Source of the DNA: Alkalihalobacillus alcalophilus ATCC 27647 = CGMCC 1.3604
GTDB taxonomy: Bacteria > Bacillota > Bacilli > Bacillales > Bacillaceae_D
Reading direction: 5' to 3'
Length of the DNA stretch: 24,522 nucleotides
NCBI RefSeq assembly: GCF_000292245.2
Contig: NZ_ALPT02000060.1
Span: forward strand, 1-24,522
Below the pieces are notes generated by a model, which saw only the letters and a program-made list of their open reading frames with translations, did not search any database and was not told the origin of the DNA. Both the position numbers and the translations under genes were made by a program. Shown here in pieces: positions 18,484-24,522 of the stretch; within the stretch, counting starts at the first letter, position 1; each line of letters begins with the position of its first letter.

Positions 18484-19220
18484 TGTTCGATATACACCTC
18501 TTTAAAAGCGTCAGAGTATTCACCTGACTGATTTAAAATCGTAAGCGGGTAAAGCGTTTCCAATCCTGGCTGACCTTCCTTAATCGCTTCAATTAAGACC
18601 ATATTCGCTGGTTTTCCTTCTTTCGGATAAATCAGCTGCATTCTTTTTGGTTCAAGTCGATACGCTCTCATTTTTTCCAAAATATCCGCTAACCGCTCTG
18701 GTCGGTGAACAATTGCCACCTTCCCTTTGTACTTGACTTGCTCACTACATACTCGAATCACGTCATCAAGTGTACAAGCAATTTCATGTCTTGCTAAGGC
18801 ATGGTGCTCATTTAAATTCTTTTCTAATGCTTGTCCCGCCTCAAAATAAGGAGGATTACACGTCACCACATCGTATTTCTTCTTTTGAATAGAAGCTGGT
18901 AAATGATTTAAATCAGCTTGGACAAATTGGACTTGTTCCTCTCTTTCGTTCAACTGTCGATTTCGGAGAGCGTAATCGATCAATCGTTCTTGGAGCTCAA
19001 CCCCAACAATCGTTGCCTTCGTTCGCGTTGTTAGCAAAAGAGCAATGACCCCATTCCCTGTACAAAGATCGAGAATAGCTCCCTTCTGAATAGGAACTCG
19101 TACAAACTTTCCTAAAAGAATCGCATCGATTGAAAAGGAAAAGACAGAAGGACTTTGAATGATTTTTAAGTCCGTCCCACTAATATAATCAAGTCGTTCA
19201 TCCTTTGTTATTTTTTCCAT
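18480..19220 (-). CDS. yabB: SAM-dependent tRNA (adenine-N6) methyltransferase-like protein (YabB / TrmN6 family)
   Basis: ILDLCTGNGVIAL (SAM motif I) and VTCNPPYF (NPPY N6-amino-methyltransferase motif). 246 aa. Position is syntenic. Confidence 0.88.
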   Translation of the reverse strand: MEKITKDERLDYISGTDLKIIQSPSVFSFSIDAILLGKFVRVPIQKGAILDLCTGNGVIALLLTTRTKATIVGVELQERLIDYALRNRQLNEREEQVQFVQADLNHLPASIQKKKYDVVTCNPPYFEAGQALEKNLNEHHALARHEIACTLDDVIRVCSEQVKYKGKVAIVHRPERLADILEKMRAYRLEPKRMQLIYPKEGKPANMVLIEAIKEGQPGLETLYPLTILNQSGEYSDAFKEVYIEQ

Positions 19221-19384
19221 CTTACTTTTTCCTCACTTTTTACTATCTTTGTCATCGTCTATTCTTTTCATAATAGACATGTAGCTATTACTTCTTATAC
19301 CCCATAAATAATTGAACTATATATTTAGTTTAATCTCATAATAAAAACATTCCTATTTCATTATAATTTAACTATCTTAAAGTG

Positions 19385-19413
19385 GAAAAAAGTCCTCCTT
19401 ATAATTGGAGGAC
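19385..19413 (-). terminator. rho-independent terminator of yabA
   Basis: Minus strand: GTCCTCC-AATTATAA-GGAGGAC followed by TTTTTTCC. Confidence 0.8.
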
Positions 19414-19434
19414 CCTTTGAGGTAGACATAGATT

Positions 19435-19776
19435 TTATTTTTGATGTAAAAAGGACAGGCAAAACAAGCAATCATCACCATCAGAACGAATACTTCCATA
19501 ATGAGTATTACAAATATGAAAGCCTTCCTGGTACAAACGAGCTAAGTTATCATAGCCTTCCCCAACAACGGTTTTCTTTTTCTCCTTTTTCGCCGCTGTT
19601 GTTCGTTCCATTTGAGAATCAAGTCTCTCTCTCAATTTTTCATTTTCCATCTTTAATGCTTGATTTTCTTCTAAAAGATGGGCTAGCTGTTTTTTCAATT
19701 CACCCATTTCACGATGAAGCTCCCCAATTCGCACCTCAATATTACTTACCTCAGTAAAAATTGCCTTTTTGTCCAC
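19435..19776 (-). CDS. yabA: DNA replication initiation control protein YabA
   Basis: The N-terminus is a coiled coil ([38 protein letters not shown]..). The C-terminus is a Zn-binding HICNTHYG...CLFC motif. The start is GTG, behind GAGGTGGA. Confidence 0.93.
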   Translation of the reverse strand: MDKKAIFTEVSNIEVRIGELHREMGELKKQLAHLLEENQALKMENEKLRERLDSQMERTTAAKKEKKKTVVGEGYDNLARLYQEGFHICNTHYGSIRSDGDDCLFCLSFLHQK

Positions 19777-19791
19777 GTCTTTTCCACCTCA

Positions 19792-20616
19792 TTATTCTGC
19801 GGCTTCAGCTGCTGCCTTTCGGTTCACTAACTCATCCAAGGTAAACTCTAATATTCTCTCACCCTCAAATAGTTCTACTTGAACAATTTGCTCAAGAATA
19901 TTTAAACCAATTACCTTCCCTATACCATCAGGGGTCGAGATCTTTTTACCGACATCAGGTAGCTCCTGTTTAGCCGTTTCATACATGTCATTCTCATATT
20001 TCAAGCAACACATAAGCCTTCCACATAAGCCCGATATTTTCGCAGGATTTAACGAGAGGTTTTGATCCTTTGCCATCTTAATCGAAACCGGTTCAAAATC
20101 ACCTAAAAAGGAGGAGCAACATAACATACGACCACATGGACCAATTCCCCCAAGCATCTTCGCTTCGTCTCGAACCCCAATTTGTCTTAATTCGATTCTC
20201 GTCCGGAAAATCGCCGCCAAATCTTTGACAAGCTCACGGAAATCAATTCTTCCATCCGCTGTAAAATAAAATAAAACTTTATTTCGATCAAATGTATATT
20301 CAACATCTACTAACTTCATATCTAGATCATGCTCTTGTATCTTTTCCGTACAGACATCTAAAGCATTACGTGCAGCTTCACGATTCTCTTGAACCGTTAA
20401 CTTATCCTTAGCTGTTGCAATTCGTATAACTTGCTTTAACGGCAAAACAACATCTTCTGCACCTACTGTTTTTACCCCAATAACTACACGGCCGTACTCG
20501 ATACCACGGGCCGTTTCAACAATAACTGCTTCCCCTTTTTCCAGTTCGAATTCCCCAGGGGAAAAATAATAGATTTTGCCTGCTTTTTTAAAACGGACAC
20601 CTACAACCTGATGCAA
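19792..20616 (-). CDS. ricT: RicT/YaaT (PSP1 domain, Fe-S RNase Y-maturation complex component)
   Basis: VVGVRFKKAGKIYYF...GGIGPCGRMLCCSSFL...GLCGRLMCCLKYE. The start is set at TTG 20616, 7 nt after AGGAGGG, giving 274 aa. The track's TTG 20640 adds 8 aa. Confidence 0.92.
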   Translation of the reverse strand: MHQVVGVRFKKAGKIYYFSPGEFELEKGEAVIVETARGIEYGRVVIGVKTVGAEDVVLPLKQVIRIATAKDKLTVQENREAARNALDVCTEKIQEHDLDMKLVDVEYTFDRNKVLFYFTADGRIDFRELVKDLAAIFRTRIELRQIGVRDEAKMLGGIGPCGRMLCCSSFLGDFEPVSIKMAKDQNLSLNPAKISGLCGRLMCCLKYENDMYETAKQELPDVGKKISTPDGIGKVIGLNILEQIVQVELFEGERILEFTLDELVNRKAAAEAAE

Positions 20617-20620
20617 ACCG

Positions 20621-21616
20621 TTATCCCTCCTGTATGTCAAGCAACAGCTTCTCCATCAAAAGCTGTGAATTAACATTAGCATGTAAGTACTGCTTTGCCT
20701 CTATTACAGCCGCCATGCTTTTACTTAATTTCTCTTGCGAACTAGAGAGTGCTTGTTGTTGCAATAATTTAGTTTGGTCAACGAAGGTCTCCACTTCCTT
20801 GCCAACCTGTGTATATAAAAGGTCTCTCAACCATAAGAGTATCATATCCAGACCAAGTTCCTGTTCCTTTTTCTCTTTAAATAGCGGAACCCATTTCTCT
20901 TGAACAGTAAAAAACGCTTGATTAGGTCTATCATATAGCTCCTGCATTAATTGTATCACTACGGTCCTTGCTTGTGCAATCCAATCACCATTAGTTAATT
21001 CAATCGCTTCATCAAAACTTGTTGTCAGACTTCCCAATATATTGGAAATCCCCTCTGAGAAATTTTGTTCTCTTAACCTCGCAACAAATTCATCACGAGG
21101 TAAAGGTGAAAACGTCAGCTGCTGACTTCTTGATTGGATCGTCGGCAAAATCGCTTGCCCTTTTTCCGTTAAAAGTAAGGCAAGAGTCGGTGCCTCAGGT
21201 TCTTCAAGGAATTTAAGCAAACTATTAGCTGCACTTGAAGTCATTTTATCCGCATCCTGCACTAAATAGACCTTCTTTTTTGATTCCATCCCACGATAGG
21301 TAAATTCCTTTTGTAGATGCTCTACTTGTTGTTTTTTGATCGATAAACCATCTGGTTCAATCATATGAAGATCTGGATGATTTCCATGCTCAATTCTGGT
21401 GCAGTCCACACAAGATAAACAGGGCTCGGCTGCAGTAGCTTGTCTATTTTGGCAAAAGAAGCTCTTCGCTAACTGAAGAGCTACGGCCGACTTTCCCGTC
21501 CCTTTGCTTCCTTCCAATAAATATGCATGTGCAAGTCGGTCTTTCTCCAAACTACGCTTTAACATCTTAACGACTTTTGGTTGTGTTTTTTCTAAGTCCG
21601 CCCAAGTTCTCTTCAT
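20621..21616 (-). CDS. holB: DNA polymerase III delta' subunit HolB
   Basis: RLAHAYLLEGSKGTGKSAVALQLAKSFFC...C..C..C (Zn module)...HPDLH...SAANSLLKFLEEP...LPTIQSRSQ are clamp-loader AAA+ motifs. Confidence 0.93.
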   Translation of the reverse strand: MKRTWADLEKTQPKVVKMLKRSLEKDRLAHAYLLEGSKGTGKSAVALQLAKSFFCQNRQATAAEPCLSCVDCTRIEHGNHPDLHMIEPDGLSIKKQQVEHLQKEFTYRGMESKKKVYLVQDADKMTSSAANSLLKFLEEPEAPTLALLLTEKGQAILPTIQSRSQQLTFSPLPRDEFVARLREQNFSEGISNILGSLTTSFDEAIELTNGDWIAQARTVVIQLMQELYDRPNQAFFTVQEKWVPLFKEKKEQELGLDMILLWLRDLLYTQVGKEVETFVDQTKLLQQQALSSSQEKLSKSMAAVIEAKQYLHANVNSQLLMEKLLLDIQEG

Positions 21617-21627
21617 TTAATCACCCT

Positions 21628-22612
<985 letters not shown>

Positions 22613-22613
<1 letters not shown>

Positions 22614-24043
22614 CACACTTCCTCCAAATCTATCGTCAAAATACTACCTTTTTTAGCATCATAACCTTGAAATCTCGCTCCTGCTTTTGCTAATCGTTCC
22701 ATTTGTTCTAATACGGACTGTTCAATTTTTTCCCCTCGATACAATAAAGGAACTCCCGGTGGGTAAGGGATGACCGTTTCTGCCGCCACTTTCCCTACCG
22801 CCTCATTCCATTTTGAGACCGTTGTTTCATAACGTTCTGTTTCTAATATCTGTAGAGTTGAAACCTTTTCTGTCCGTTGTTCGACTTTTATTTTACGTTT
22901 CTCAATGACAGGCTTAAACTTTAATTGCTCCCTTAATAGGGAAATACTTGTTATCGCTTGACTAGCTGGAGCAATAAACCCGCATACGAGCAATACGTGG
23001 TGCTCATCCGCTAACTCCGTTTCCAACTTATATTGTGAAAAGAGCCGCTGCAACTCAAAACCTGTTAAATTAGTCATTGATCTTATTGTAACCTTTAATG
23101 GATCGCTTTGTAAGCTTGAGTTCTCATATTGAACCACTTCCAATTGTGGAATACTATTTAATTCGGCTTTTAACCGCTCTACCCCTGCTAGAACAGTCTC
23201 AACATCTTCTTTTTTTAAAGATTGTAAAAAGGCTCTTGCCCCTTCTAAAGAAACGAGTAGAAGATAAGAAGGGCTACTTGATTGAAAAATAGCTAACGCT
23301 TGTTGAAGCTTCTTTATCTCCTCATTATTAACTGAATGAGAGACATGTAAATAGGCTGACATCGTCAATGCAGGTAACATTTTATGAGCGGATTGCACAA
23401 CCATATCTGCCCCTAACATAACAGCAGAGGGCGGAAAAGGTTCTCCCAAAATAAAATGAGCCCCATGTGCTTCGTCAACTATGACTTTCAAATTAAACTC
23501 CTTCGCGATTTGAATAAGCGGCTTTAGCGATAAACTGATTCCATAGTAATTTGGATATGTAAAAATAATTCCCTTTGAGTCAGGAAACTTTTTCAATGCT
23601 GCCTTTAAAGTTGAGGGATCTATACCGACCGCTTGCCCTGTCACCTCATCATACTCGGGTTCAAGGAAAACAGGGATCACTTCTCTTACTTTGAGTGCAT
23701 TTAGAACCGATTTATGACAATTGCGTTGAACAAACACATAATCCCCTTTTTGAAAGGAAGCGTAAATCATTGCTAAGTTTCCAACCGTTGAACCATTCAC
23801 AAGGTAATATGACTTTTTTGTCCCATAGAAAGAAGCAAGCAGCTTTTCACTTTCTAAAATAGGGCCTTGTGGGTCATGTAAATCATCCAACCCTTCAATT
23901 TCGGTTAGATCATAACTCATCATCACCTGAAGATCTGACAGCTCTTTCGGAAATACCGCCCCATTTTTATGTCCAGGCACATGAAAGGAAACGGACTGTT
24001 TCTCACGATGCTTCTGAATCGTATCAATTAATGGCGTCCTCAT
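22613..24043 (-). CDS. yaaO: PLP-dependent Orn/Lys/Arg decarboxylase family protein (YaaO-like)
   Basis: FHVPGHKNG...[10 protein letters not shown]...VDEAHGAHF...[12 protein letters not shown] (PLP-Lys). The start is set at ATG 24043 (MRTPLIDTI..), giving 476 aa. The track's extra 21 aa are unsupported. Confidence 0.88.
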
Positions 24044-24110
24044 ATATTCACATCTTTTCCATACTCTCTTTTCTTCTATTATATATGAAACCCCCACCCC
24101 AAGCATCTAC

Positions 24111-24240
24111 AAAGAAAAGTGGAGGGAGGCGTTTAGGAACGAGGAAAAATTAGAACAGCCGTGGAAGTCGCTTTTTGACTTCCTAAGGATGGGCGATTTT
24201 TCCCGAGTTCCTGCTGACCGCAACTAGACATAGAAAAGCG
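24111..24240 (+). repeat. 130-nt structured intergenic repeat, copy 2 (hairpin about 24131..24218)
   Basis: Ungapped alignment to 6551..6680, in the same orientation, with the same nested stems (GGAACGAGGAAAAAT / ATTTTTCCCGAGTTCC; CCGTGGAAGTC / GACTTCCTAAGG). Confidence 0.8.
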
Positions 24241-24282
24241 CAGAGCGTTTGCTTAGAAGTGTGAAAAAATACAGGGCACACA

Positions 24283-24313
24283 AGAAAAAACCATTTTCCG
24301 TTAAGAAAATGGT
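24283..24313 (-). terminator. rho-independent terminator of csfB
   Basis: Minus strand: ACCATTTTC-TTAACG-GAAAATGGT followed by TTTTTTCTTG. Confidence 0.8.
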
Positions 24314-24315
24314 CT

Positions 24316-24522
24316 CTAATTTGACTCACTATGAGAATGAATTTTTTTCATTTGATGTAAGTAATGACTATAATCTAAATCACTCGTATTAGAGTTTATA
24401 ATCTTTCGTTCACACGCCTCACATAAAAAAGAATCAATGACATGTATTCCTGCTTTTTGTGGCTTTTCGCAAATCATACAAACTTCACCAAGCCGCAATT
24501 GAATGACTCCGGTTTTTTTCAT
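24316..24522 (-). CDS. csfB: Anti-sigma-G factor CsfB/Gin
   Basis: C.IC......GIH.....FLCEACERKIINSNTSDLDYSHYLHQMKKI parallels B. subtilis CsfB (CVICD...GIH...ICLDCERKVISTSTSDPDYAFYVKKLKSI). The ATG is the last codon position of the window. Confidence 0.85.
   Translation of the reverse strand: MKKTGVIQLRLGEVCMICEKPQKAGIHVIDSFLCEACERKIINSNTSDLDYSHYLHQMKKIHSHSESN

Overview
Origin-proximal Bacillaceae (Bacillus-like) chromosome segment. Read on the minus strand it is colinear with the B. subtilis block csfB-yaaO-tmk-darA-holB-ricT(yaaT)-yabA-yabB-yazA-rsmI(yabC)-abrB-metS-yabD-yabE-rnmV-ksgA-yabG-veg-sspF-ispE-purR-yabJ-spoVG. Nearly all genes are housekeeping or sporulation genes identified from their translations. 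Their regulatory sites are readable: a Met T-box leader, a PurBox pair, tandem veg promoters, abrB 0A boxes, sigma-H and sigma-K promoters, and many rho-independent terminators. Four things break the synteny. (1) The main candidate system is a two-gene nurA-like nuclease / herA-like ATPase operon (13920..16789) inserted between the normally adjacent divergent genes abrB and metS. It is followed by its own terminator and by nine exact-phase copies of a 51-bp tandem repeat (13334..13799) just upstream of the metS promoter. (2) An ~830-bp foldback (3761..4587) of two diverged inverted copies of a ~300-bp element lies between sspF and ispE. Its GC-rich hairpin core shows compensatory substitutions, and a 24-codon micro-ORF with its own SD and terminator sits next to it. 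(3) Two copies of a 130-nt structured repeat lie upstream of yabG and the yaaO-like gene. (4) An IS200/IS605 element (tnpA plus the start of tnpB) lies downstream of spoVG. All calls come from reading the sequence and translations by eye; no database search was run.
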